The notes beneath the pieces are model-generated. The model was not told the DNA's origin and did not search any database. It saw nothing but the letters and a program-made list of their open reading frames with translations. Position numbers and translations under genes: made by a program. Source: Eledone cirrhosa (taxonomy: Eukaryota). Taken from it: DNA of 64,000 nucleotides. The stretch spans positions 371,752,001 through 371,816,000 of the forward strand of contig OZ024741.1 of NCBI GenBank assembly GCA_964016885.1. Reading direction: 5' to 3'. Positions 9,801 through 23,600 of this stretch are shown piece by piece. The first letter of the stretch is position 1; each line of letters opens with the position of its first letter.

Positions 9801-12800
9801 GGACAACGTTATTAGGAGTCTAACAACTGTATAGTGGACAACGTTGTTAGGAGCCTAACAACTGTATAGTGGAGATCGTTGTCAGGAGTCTAACAACTGT
9901 ATAGTGGACAACGTTGTTAGGAGTCTGTCAACGGTATAGTGGACAACGTTACTAGGTGTCTAACAACTGTATATTGGACAACGTTATTAGCAGTCTAACA
10001 ACGGTATAGTGGACAACGTTATTAGGTGTCTAACAACTGTATAGTGGACAACGTTATTAGGAGTCTAACAACGGACTAGTGGACAACGTTATTAGGAGTC
10101 TAACAACTGTATAGTGAACAACGTTGTTAGGAGTGTAACAACTGTATAGTGGGCAACGTTATTAGGAGTCTAACAACTGTATAGTGGACAACGTTATTAG
10201 GAGTCTAACAACTGTATAGTGGACAATATTATTAGGAGTCTAACAACTGTATAGTGGACAACGTTATTAGGAGTCTGACAACTGTATAGTGGACAACGTT
10301 GTTAGGAGTCTAACAACTGAATAGTGGACAACGTTATTAGGAGTCTAACAACTGTATAGTGGACAACGTTATTAGGAGTCTAACAACTGTATAGTGGACA
10401 ACGTTATTAGGAGTCTAACAACTGTGTAGTGGACAACGTTATTAGGAGTCTAACAATGTATAGTGGACAACGTTATTATGTGTCTAACAACTGTATAGTG
10501 GACAACGTTATTAGGTGTCTAACAACTGTATAGTGGTCAACGTTATTATGTGTCTAACAACTGTATAGTGGACAACATTATTAGGAGTATGACAACTGTA
10601 TAGTGGACAACGTTATTAGGAGTCTAACAACTGTGTAGTGGACAACGTTATTAGGAGTCTGACAACTGTATAGTGGACAACGTTATTAGGAGTCTAACAA
10701 CTTTGTAGTGGACAACGTTATTAGGAGTCTAACAACTGTATAGTGGACAACGTTGTTAGGAGTCGAACAACTGAATAGTGGACAACGTTATTAGGAGTCT
10801 CACAACTGTATAGTGGACAACGTTGTTAGGAGTCTGACAACTGTATAGTGGTCAACGTTATTAGGAGTCTAACAACTGTATAGTGGACAACGTTATTAGG
10901 AGTCTAACAACGGATTAGTGAACAACGTTATTGGGTGTCTAACAACTGTATAGTGGACAACGTTGTTAGGAGTCTGACAACTGTATAGTGGACTACGTTG
11001 TTAGGAGTCTAACAACTGTATAGTGAACTACGTTATTAGGATTCTGACAACTGTATAGTGGACAACGTTGTTAGGAGTCTAACAACTGTATAGTGGACAA
11101 CGTTATTAGGAGTCTGACAACGGTATAGTGGACAACGGTATAGTGGACAACGTTATTAGGTGTCTAACAACTGTATAGTGGACAACGTTATTAGGAGTCT
11201 AACAACTGTATAGTGGACAACGTTATTAGGAGTCTAACAACTATGTAGTGGACAACGTTATTAGGAGTTTGACAACTGTATAGTGGACAAGGTTATTAGG
11301 AGTCTGACAACTGTATAGTGGACAACGTTATTAGAAGGCTAACAACTGTATAGTGGACAACGTTATTAGGAGTCTGACAACTGTATAGTGGACAACGTTA
11401 TTAGGAGTCTGACAACTGTATAGTGGACAACGTTATTAGGAGTCTAACAACTGTGTAGTGGACAACGTTATTAGGAGTCTAACAACTGTATAGTGGACAA
11501 CGTTGTTAGGAGTCTAACAACTGTATTGTGGACAACGTTATTAGGAGTCTGACAACTGTATACTGCTCAACGTTGTTATGAGTCTGACAACTGTATAGTG
11601 GACAACGTTATTAGGGGTCTGACAACTGTATATTGGACTACGTTATTAGGAGTCTAACAACTGTATAGTGAACTACGTTATTAGGAGTCTAACAACTGTG
11701 TAGTGGACAACGTTATTAGGAGTCTAACAATGTATAGTGGACAACGTTATTAGGAGTCTAACAACTGTATAGTGGACAACGTTATTAGGTGTCTAACAAC
11801 TGTATAGTGGTCAACGTTATTATGTGTCTAACAACTGTATAGTGGACAACATTATTAGGAGTCTGACAACTGTATAGTGGACAACGTTATTAGGAGTCTG
11901 ACAACTGTATCGTGGACAACGTTGTTAGGAGTCTAACAACTGAATAGTGGACAACGTTATTAGGAGTCTAACAACTGTGTAGTGGACAACGTTATTAGGA
12001 GTCTGACAACTGCATAGTGGACAACGTTATTAGGAGTCTAACAACTGTATAGTGGACAACGTTATTAGGAGTCTGACAACTGTATAGTGGACAACGTTAT
12101 TAGGAGTCTAACAACTTTGTAGTGGACAACGTTATTAGGAGTCTAACAACTGTATAGTGGACAACGTTGTTAGGAGTCGAACAACTGAATAGTGGACAAC
12201 GTTATTAGGAGTCTCACAACTGTATAGTGGACAACGTTGTTAGGAGTCTGACAACTGTATAGTGGTCAACGTTATTAGGAGTCTAACAACTGTATAGTGG
12301 ACAACGTTATTAGGAGTCTAACAACGGATTAGTGAACAACGTTATTGGGAGTCAAACAACTGTATAGTGGACAACGTTATTTGGAGTCTAACAACTGTAT
12401 AGTGGACAACGTTATTAGGAGTCTGACAACTGTATAGTGGACAACGTTATTAGGAGTCTGACAACTGTAGAGTAGACAACGTTGTTAGGAGTCTAACAAC
12501 TGTATAGTGGTCAACGTTGTTAGGAGTCTGACAACTGTATAGTGGACTACGTTGTTAGGAGTCTAACAACTGTATAGTGAACTACGTTATTAGGAGTCTG
12601 ACAACTGTATAGTGGACAACGTTATTAGGAGTCTAACAACTGTGTAGTGGACAACGTTATTAGGAGTCTAACAACTGTATAGTGGACAATGTTATTAGGA
12701 GTCTAACAACTGTATAGTGGACACCGTTATTAGGAGTCTAACAACTGTATAGTGGACAACGTTATTAGGAGTCTGACAACTGTATAGTGGACAACGTTAT

Positions 12801-15800
12801 TAGGAGTCTGACAACTGTATAGTGGACAACGTTATTAGGAGTCTAACAACTGTGTAGTGGACAACGTTATTAGGAGTCTAACAACTGTATAGTGGACAAC
12901 GTTGTTAGGAGTCTAACAACTGTATTGTGGACAACGTTATTAGGAGTCTGACAACTGTATAGTGGACAACGTAATTAGGAGTCTAACAACTGTATAGTGG
13001 ACAAGGTTGTTAGGAGCCTAACAACTGTATAGTGGAGATCGTTGTTAGGAGTCTAACAACTGTATAGTGGACAACGTTGTTAGGAGTCTGACAACTGTAT
13101 AGTGGACAACGTTGTTAGGAGTCTAACAACTGTATAGTGGACAACGTTGTTAGGAGTCTAACAACTGTATAGTGGACAACGTTGTTAGGAGCCTAACAAC
13201 TGTATAGTGGAAATCGTTGTTAGGAGTCTAACAACTGTATAGTGGACAACGTTATTAGGAGTCTGACAACTGTATATTGGACAACGTTATTAGGAGTCTG
13301 ACAACTGTATAGTGGACAACGTAATTAGGAGTCTAACAACTGTATAGTGGACAACGTTGTTAGGAGCCTAACAACTGTATAGTGGAGATCGTTGTTAGGA
13401 GTCTAACAACTGTATAGTGGACAACGTTGTTATGAGTCTGACAACTGTATAGTGGACAACGTTATTAGGAGTCTAACAACTGTATAGTGGACAACGTTGT
13501 TAGGAGCCTAACAACTGTATAGTGGACAACGTTATTAGGAGTCTGACAACTGTATAGTGGACTACGTTATTAGGAGTCTGACAACTGTAGAGTGGACAAC
13601 GTTGTTAGGATTCTGACGACTGTATAGTGGACAACGTTGTTAGGAGTCTAACAACTGTATAGTGGACAACGTTGTTAGGAATCTGACAACTGTATAGTGA
13701 ACAACGTTGTTAGGAGTCTGACAAGTGGAGAGTGGACAACGTTGTTAGGAGTCTGACAACTGTATAGTGGACAACGTTATTAGGAGTCTGACAACTGTAT
13801 AGTGGACAACGTTGTTAGGAGTCTGACAACTGTATAGTGGACAACGTAATTAGGAGTCTAACAACTGTATAGTGGACAACGTTGTTAGGAGTGTAACAAC
13901 TGTATAGTGGGCAACGTTATTAGGAGTCTAACAACTGTATAGTGGACAACGTTATTAGGAGTCTAACAACTGTATAGTGGACAATATTATTAGGAGTCTA
14001 ACAACTGTATAGTGGACAACGTTATTAGGAGTCTGACAACTGTATAGTGGACAACGTTGTTAGGAGTCTAACAACTGAATAGTGGACAACGTTATTAGGA
14101 GTCTAACAACTGTATAGTGGACAACGTTATTAGGAGTCTAACAACTGTATAGTGGACAACGTTATTAGGAGTCTAACAACTGTGTAGTGGACAACGTTAT
14201 TAGGAGTCTAACAATGTATAGTGGACAACGTTATTATGTGTCTAACAACTGTATAGTGGACAACGTTATTAGGTGTCTAACAACTGTATAGTGGTCAACG
14301 TTATTATGTGTCTAACAACTGTATAGTGGACAACATTATTAGGAGTATGACAACTGTATAGTGGACAACGTTATTAGGAGTCTAACAACTGTGTAGTGGA
14401 CAACGTTATTAGGAGTCTGACAACTGTATAGTGGACAACGTTATTAGGAGTCTAACAACTTTGTAGTGGACAACGTTATTAGGAGTCTAACAACTGTATA
14501 GTGGACAACGTTGTTAGGAGTCGAACAACTGAATAGTGGACAACGTTATTAGGAGTCTCACAACTGTATAGTGGACAACGTTGTTAGGAGTCTGACAACT
14601 GTATAGTGGTCAACGTTATTAGGAGTCTAACAACTGTATAGTGGACAACGTTATTAGCAGTCTAACAACGGATTAGTGAACAACGTTATTGGGAGTCTAA
14701 CAACTGTATAGTGGACAACGTTGTTAGGAGTCTGACAACTGTATAGTGGACTACGTTGTTAGGAGTCTAACAACTGTATAGTGAACTACGTTATTAGGAT
14801 TCTGACAACTGTATAGTGGACAACGTTGTTAGGAGTCTAACAACTGTATAGTGGACAACGTTATTAGGAGTCTGACAACGGTATAGTGGACAACGGTATA
14901 GTGGACAACGTTATTAGGTGTCTAACAACTGTATAGTGGACAACGTTATTAGGAGTCTAACAACTGTATAGTGGACAACGTTATTAGGAGTCTAACAACT
15001 ATGTAGTGGACAACGTTATTAGGAGTTTGACAACTGTATAGTGGACAAGGTTATTAGGAGTCTGACAACTGTATAGTGGACAACGTTATTAGAAGGCTAA
15101 CAACTGTATAGTGGACAACGTTATTAGGAGTCTGACAACTGTATAGTGGACAACGTTATTAGGAGTCTGACAACTGTATAGTGGACAACGTTATTAGGAG
15201 TCTAACAACTGTGTAGTGGACAACGTTATTAGGAGTCTAACAACTGTATAGTGGACAACGTTGTTAGGAGTCTAACAACTGTATTGTGGACAACGTTATT
15301 AGGAGTCTGACAACTGTATAGTGCTCAACGTTGTTATGAGTCTGACAACTGTATAGTGGACAACGTTATTAGGGGTCTGACAACTGTATATTGGACTACG
15401 TTATTAGGAGTCTAACAACTGTATAGTGAACTACGTTATTAGGAGTCTAACAACTGTGTAGTGGACAACGTTATTAGGAGTCTAACAATGTATAGTGGAC
15501 AACGTTATTAGGAGTCTAACAACTGTATAGTGGACAACGTTATTAGGTGTCTAACAACTGTATAGTGGTCAACGTTATTATGTGTCTAACAACTGTATAG
15601 TGGACAACATTATTAGGAGTCTGACAACTGTATAGTGGACAACGTTATTAGGAGTCTGACAACTGTATCGTGGACAACGTTGTTAGGAGTCTAACAACTG
15701 AATAGTGGACAACGTTATTAGGAGTCTAACAACTGTGTAGTGGACAACGTTATTAGGAGTCTGACAACTGCATAGTGGACAACGTTATTAGGAGTCTAAC

Positions 15801-18800
15801 AACTGTATAGTGGACAACGTTATTAGGAGTCTGACAACTGTATAGTGGACAACGTTATTAGGAGTCTAACAACTTTGTAGTGGACAACGTTATTAGGAGT
15901 CTAACAACTGTATAGTGGACAACGTTGTTAGGAGTCGAACAACTGAATAGTGGACAACGTTATTAGGAGTCTCACAACTGTATAGTGGACAACGTTGTTA
16001 GGAGTCTGACAACTGTATAGTGGTCAACGTTATTAGGAGTCTAACAACTGTATAGTGGACAACGTTATTAGGAGTCTAACAACGGATTAGTGAACAACGT
16101 TATTGGGAGTCAAACAACTGTATAGTGGACAACGTTATTTGGAGTCTAACAACTGTATAGTGGACAACGTTATTAGGAGTCTGACAACTGTATAGTGGAC
16201 AACGTTATTAGGAGTCTGACAACTGTAGAGTAGACAACGTTGTTAGGAGTCTAACAACTGTATAGTGGTCAACGTTGTTAGGAGTCTGACAACTGTATAG
16301 TGGACTACGTTGTTAGGAGTCTAACAACTGTATAGTGAACTACGTTATTAGGAGTCTGACAACTGTATAGTGGACAACGTTATTAGGAGTCTAACAACTG
16401 TGTAGTGGACAACGTTATTAGGAGTCTAACAACTGTATAGTGGACAATGTTATTAGGAGTCTAACAACTGTATAGTGGACACCGTTATTAGGAGTCTAAC
16501 AACTGTATAGTGGACAACGTTATTAGGAGTCTGACAACTGTATAGTGGACAACGTTATTAGGAGTCTGACAACTGTATAGTGGACAACGTTATTAGGAGT
16601 CTAACAACTGTGTAGTGGACAACGTTATTAGGAGTCTAACAACTGTATAGTGGACAACGTTGTTAGGAGTCTAACAACTGTATTGTGGACAACGTTATTA
16701 GGAGTCTGACAACTGTATAGTGGACAACGTAATTAGGAGTCTAACAACTGTATAGTGGACAAGGTTGTTAGGAGCCTAACAACTGTATAGTGGAGATCGT
16801 TGTTAGGAGTCTAACAACTGTATAGTGGACAACGTTGTTAGGAGTCTGACAACTGTATAGTGGACAACGTTGTTAGGAGTCTAACAACTGTATAGTGGAC
16901 AACGTTGTTAGGAGTCTAACAACTGTATAGTGGACAACGTTGTTAGGAGCCTAACAACTGTATAGTGGAAATCGTTGTTAGGAGTCTAACAACTGTATAG
17001 TGGACAACGTTATTAGGAGTCTGACAACTGTATATTGGACAACGTTATTAGGAGTCTGACAACTGTATAGTGGACAACGTAATTAGGAGTCTAACAACTG
17101 TATAGTGGACAACGTTGTTAGGAGCCTAACAACTGTATAGTGGAGATCGTTGTTAGGAGTCTAACAACTGTATAGTGGACAACGTTGTTATGAGTCTGAC
17201 AACTGTATAGTGGACAACGTTATTAGGAGTCTAACAACTGTATAGTGGACAACGTTGTTAGGAGCCTAACAACTGTATAGTGGACAACGTTATTAGGAGT
17301 CTGACAACTGTATAGTGGACTACGTTATTAGGAGTCTGACAACTGTAGAGTGGACAACGTTGTTAGGATTCTGACGACTGTATAGTGGACAACGTTGTTA
17401 GGAGTCTAACAACTGTATAGTGGACAACGTTGTTAGGAATCTGACAACTGTATAGTGAACAACGTTGTTAGGAGTCTGACAAGTGGAGAGTGGACAACGT
17501 TGTTAGGAGTCTGACAACTGTATAGTGGACAACGTTATTAGGAGTCTGACAACTGTATAGTGGACAACGTTGTTAGGAGTCTGACAACTGTATAGTGGAC
17601 AACGTAATTAGGAGTCTAACAACTGTATAGTGGACAACGTTGTTAGGAGCCTAACAACTGTATAGTGGAGATCGTTGTTAGGAGTCTGACAACTGTATAG
17701 TGGACAACGTTATTAGTAGTCTGACAGCTGTAGAGTGGACAACGTTATTATGAGTCTAACAACTGTATAGCGGACAACGTTATTAGGAGTCTCACAACTG
17801 TATAGTGGACAACGTTATTAGGAGTCTGACAACTGTATAGTGGACTACGTTATTAGGAGTCTGACAACTGTAGAGTGGACAACGTTGTTAGGATTCTGAA
17901 GACTGTATAGTGGACAACGTTGTTAGGAGTCTGACAACTGTATAGTGGACAACGTTGTTAGGAGTCTGACAACTGTATAGTGGACAACGTTATTAGGATT
18001 CTAACAACTGTATAGTGGACAACGTTGTTAGGAGCCTAACAACTGTATAGTGGAGATCGTTGTTAGGAGTCTAACAACTGTATAGTGGACAACGTTGTTA
18101 GGAGTCTGACAACTGTATAGTGGACAACGTTGTTAGGAGTCTGACAACTGTATAGTGGACAACGTTGTTAGGAGTCTGACAACTGTATAGTGGACAACGT
18201 TATTAGGAGTCTAACAACTGTATAGTGGACAACGTTATTAGGAGTCTGACAACTGTATAGTGAACAACGTTATTAGGAGTCTGACAACTGTATAGTGGAC
18301 AATGTAATTAGGAGTCTAACAACTGTATAGTGGACAACGTTGTTAGGAGCCTGACAACTGTGTAGTGGAGATCGTTGTTAGGAGACTAACAACTGTATAG
18401 TGGACAACGTTGTTAGGAGTCTGACAACTGTATAGTGGACAACGTTATTAGGAGTCTAACAACTGTATAGTGGACAACGTTGTTAGGAGCCTAACAACTG
18501 TATAGTGGAGATCGTTGTCAGGAGTCTAACAACTGTATAGTGGACAACGTTGTTAGGAGTCTGTCAACGGTATAGTGGACAACGTTACTAGGTGTCTAAC
18601 AACTGTATATTGGACAACGTTATTAGCAGTCTAACAACGGTATAGTGGACAACGTTATTAGGTGTCTAACAACTGTATAGTGGACAACGTTATTAGGAGT
18701 CTAACAACGGTCTAGTGGACAACGTTATTAGGAGTCTAACAACTGTATAGTGAACAACGTTGTTAGGAGTGTAACAACTGTATAGTGGGCAACGTTATTA

Positions 18801-20335
18801 GGAGTCTAACAACTGTATAGTGGACAACGTTATTAGGAGTCTAACAACTGTATAGTGGACAATATTATTAGGAGTCTAACAACTGTATAGTGGACAACGT
18901 TATTAGGAGTCTGACAACTGTATAGTGGACAACGTTGTTAGGAGTCTAACAACTGAATAGTGGACAACGTTATTAGGAGTCTAACAACTGTATAGTGGAC
19001 AACGTTATTAGGAGTCTAACAACTGTATAGTGGACAACGTTATTAGGAGTCTAACAACTGTGTAGTGGACAACGTTATTAGGAGTCTAACAATGTATAGT
19101 GGACAACGTTATTATGTGTCTAACAACTGTATAGTGGACAACGTTATTAGGTGTCTAACAACTGTATAGTGGTCAACGTTATTATGTGTCTAACAACTGT
19201 ATAGTGTACAACATTATTAGGAGTATGACAACTGTATAGTGGACAACGTTATTAGGAGTCTAACAACTGTGTAGTGGACAACGTTATTAGGAGTCTGACA
19301 ACTGTATAGTGGACAACGTTATTAGGAGTCTAACAACTTTGTAGTGGACAACGTTATTAGGAGTCTAACAACTGTATAGTGGACAACGTTGTTAGGAGTC
19401 GAACAACTGAATAGTGGACAACGTTATTAGGAGTCTCACAACTGTATAGTGGACAACGTTGTTAGGAGTCTGACAACTGTATAGTGGTCAACGTTATTAG
19501 GAGTCTAACAACTGTATAGTGGACAACGTTATTAGGAGTCTAACAACGGATTAGTGAACAACGTTATTGGGAGTCTAACAACTGTATAGTGGACAACGTT
19601 GTTAGGAGTCTGACAACTGTATAGTGGACTACGTTGTTAGGAGTCTAACAACTGTATAGTGAACTACGTTATTAGGAGTCTGACAACTGTATAGTGGACA
19701 ACGTTGTTAGGAGTCTAACAACTGTATAGTGGACAACGTTATTAGGAGTCTGACAACGGTATAGTGGACAACGGTATAGTGGACAACGTTATTAGGTGTC
19801 TAACAACTGTATAGTGGACAACGTTATTAGGAGTCTAACAACTGTATAGTGGACAACGTTATTAGGAGTCTAACAACTATGTAGTGGACAACGTTATTAG
19901 GAGTTTGACAACTGTATAGTGGACAAGGTTATTAGGAGTCTGACAACTGTATAGTGGACAACGTTATTAGAAGGCTAACAACTGTATAGTGGACAACGTT
20001 ATTAGGAGTCTGACAACTGTATAGTGGACAACGTTATTAGGAGTCTGACAACTGTATAGTGGACAACGTTATTAGGAGTCTAACAACTGTGTAGTGGACA
20101 ACGTTATTAGGAGTCTAAAAACTGTATAGTGGACAACGTTGTTAGGAGTCTAACAACTGTATTGTGGACAACGTTATTAGGAGTCTGACAACTGTATAGT
20201 GCTCAACGTTGTTATGAGTCTGACAACTGTATAGTGGACAACGTTATTAGGGGTCTGACAACTGTATATTGGACTACGTTATTAGGAGTCTAACAACTGT
20301 ATAGTGAACTACGTTATTAGGAGTCTAACAACTGT
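6840..20335. repeat. HOR zone 2: tandem triplication of a ~4.88 kb unit; middle copy carries a 1,120-bp (32-monomer) deletion
   Basis: CAAGTGGAGAG occurs at 8,844, 13,722 and 17,480 (spacings 4,878 and 3,758). The 15-bp duplication marker occurs at 11,122, 14,880 and 19,758 (spacings 3,758 and 4,878). Both sum to 8,636. The copy1-to-copy2 offset switches from 4,878 to 3,758 near 13,850-13,890. Confidence 0.9.
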
Positions 20336-20699
20336 ATAGTGGAGAAGGTTATTAGGAGTCTGACAACTGTATAGTGGACAACGTTGTTAGGAGCCTAACA
20401 ACTGTATAGTGGAGATCGTTGTTAGGAGTCTAACAACTGTATAGTGGACAACGTTATTAGGAGTCTAACAACTGTATAGTGGTTAACGTTATTAGGTGTC
20501 TAACAACTGTATAGTGGTCAACGTTGTTAGGAATCTGACAACTGTATAGTGGACAACGTTATTAGGAGTCTGACAACTGTATAGTCGACAACGTTATTAG
20601 GAGTCTGACAACTGTATAGTGGACAACGTTATTAGGAGTCTAAAAACTGTATAGTGGACAACGTTATTAGGAGTCTGACAACTGTATAGTGGACAACTT

Positions 20700-23600
20700 T
20701 ATTAGGAGTCTGACAACTGTATAGTGGACAACGTTATTAGGAGCCTAACCACTGTATAGTGGACAACGTTGTCAGGAGTCTAACAACTGTATAGTGGACA
20801 ACGTTGTTAGGAGTCTGACAACGGTATAGTGGACAACGTTATTAGGTGTCAAACAACTGTATATTGGACAACGTTATTAGGAGTCTAACAACTGTAGAGT
20901 GGACCACGCTGTTAGGTGTCTAACAACTGTATAGTGGACAACGTTGTTAGGTGCCTAACAACTGTGTAGTGGAGATCGTTGTTAGGAGACTAACAACTGT
21001 ATAGTGGACAACGTTGTTAGGAGTCTGACAACTGTATAGTGGACAACGTTATTAGGAGTCTAACAACTGTATAGTGGACAACGTTGTTAGGAGCCTAACA
21101 ACTGTATAGTGGAGATCGTTGTCAGGAGTCTAACAACTGTATAGTGGACAACGTTGTTAGGAGTCTGACAACGGTATAGTGGACAACGTTATTAGGTGTC
21201 AAACAACTGTATATTGGACAACGTTATTAGGAGTCTAACAACTGTATAGTGGACAACGTTATTAGGTGTCTAACAACTGTATAGTGGACAACGTTATTAG
21301 GAGTCTAACAACGGACTAGTGGACAACGTTATTAGGAGTCTAACAACTGTATAGGGAACAACGTTGTTAGGAGTGTAACAACTGTATAGTGGGCAACGTT
21401 ATTAGGAGTCTAACAACTGTATAGTGGACAACGTTATTAGGAGTCTAACAACTGTATAGTGGACAATATTATTAGGAGTCTAACAACTGTATAGTGGACA
21501 ACGTTATTAGGAGTCTGACAACTGTATAGTGGACAACGTTGTTAGGAGTCTAACAACTGAATAGTGGACAAAGTTATTAGGAGTCTAACAACTGTATAGT
21601 GGACAACGTTATTAGGAGTCTAACAACTGTATAGTGGACAACGTTATTAGGAGTCTGTCAACCGTATAGTGGATAGCGTTATTAGGAGTCTGACAACTGT
21701 ATAGTGGACAACGTTATTAGGAGTCTAACAACTGTGTAGTGGACAACGTTATTAGGAGTCTAACAATGTATAGTGGACAACGTTATTAGGAGTCTAACAA
21801 CTGTATAGGGGACAACGTTATTAGGTGTCTAACAACTGTATAGTGGTCAACGTTATTATGTGTCTAACAACTGTATAGTGGACAACATTATTAGGAGTCT
21901 GACAACTGTATAGTGGACAACGTTATTAGGAGTCTGACAACTGTATCGTGGACAACGTTGTTAGGAGTCTAACAACTGAATAGTGGACAACGTTATTAGG
22001 TGTCTAACAACTGTGTAGTGGACAACGTTATTAGGAGTCTGACAACTGTATAGTGGACAACGTTATTAGGAGTCTAACAACTGTATAGTGGACAACGTTA
22101 TTAGGAGTCTGACAACTGTATAGTGGACAACGTTATTAGGAGTCTAACAACTTTGTAGTGGACAACGATATTAGGAGTCTAACAACTGTATAGTGGACAA
22201 CGTTGTTAGGAGTCGAACAACTGAATAGTGGACAACGTTATTAGGAGTCTCACAACTGTATAGTGGACAACGTTGTTAGGAGTCTGACAACTGTATAGTG
22301 GTCAACGTTATTAGGAGTCTAACAACTGTATAGTGGACAACGTTATTAGGAGTCTAACAACGGATTAGTGAACAACTTTATTGGGATTCTAACAACTGTA
22401 TAGTGGACAACGTTATTTGGAGTCTAACAACTGTATAGTGGACAACGTTGTTAGGAGTCTGACAACTGTATAGTGGACAACGTTATTAGGAGTCTGACAA
22501 CTGTAGAGTAGACAACGTTGTTAGGAGTCTAACAACTGTATAGTGGTCAACGTTGTTAGGAGTCTGACAACTGTATAGTGGACTACGTTGTTAGGAGTCT
22601 AACAACTGTATAGTGGACAACGTTATTAGGAGTCTGACAACGGTATAGTTGACAACGTTATTAGGTGTCTAACAACTGTATAGTGGACAACGTTATTAGG
22701 AGTCTAACAACTGTATAGTGGACAACGTTATTAGGAGTCTAACAACTATGTAGTGGACAACGTTATTAGGAGTTTGACAACTGTATAGTGGACAAGATTA
22801 TTAGGAGTCTGACAACTGTATAGTGGACAACGTTGTTAGGAGTCAGACAACTGTATAGTGGACAACGTTGTTAGGAGTCTGACAACTGTATAGTGGACAA
22901 CGTTATTAGGAGTCTGACAACTGTAGAGTAGACAACGTTGTTAGGAGTCTAACAACTGTATAGTGGTCAACGTTGTTAGGAGTCTGACAACTGTATAGTG
23001 GACAACGTTGTTAGGAGTCTAACAACTGTATAGTGGACAACGTTATTAGGAATCTGACAACGGTATAGTGGACAACGTTATTAGGTGTCTAACAACTGTA
23101 TAGTGGACAACGTTATTAGGAGTCTAACAACTGTATAGTGGACAACGTTATTAGGAGTCTAACAACTATGTAGTGGACAACGTTATTAGGAGTTTGACAA
23201 CTGTATAGTGGACAAGATTATTAGGAGTCTGACAACTGTATAGTGGACAACGTTATTAGGAGTCTGACAACTGTATAGTGGACAACGTTATTAGGAGTCT
23301 AACAACTGTGTAGTGGACAACGTTATTGGAGTCTAACAACTGTGTAGTGGACAACGTTATTAGGAGTCTAACAACTGTGTAGTGGACAACATTATTAGGA
23401 GTCTGACAACTGTATAGTGCTCAACGTTATTAGGAGGCTAACAACTGTATAGTGGACAACGTTATTAGGAGTCTGACAACTGTATAGTGGACAACGTTAT
23501 TAGGAGTCTGACAACTGTATAGTGGACAACGTTATTAGGAGTCTAACAACTGTGTAGTGGACAACGTTATTAGGAGTCTAACAACTGTATAGTGGACAAC

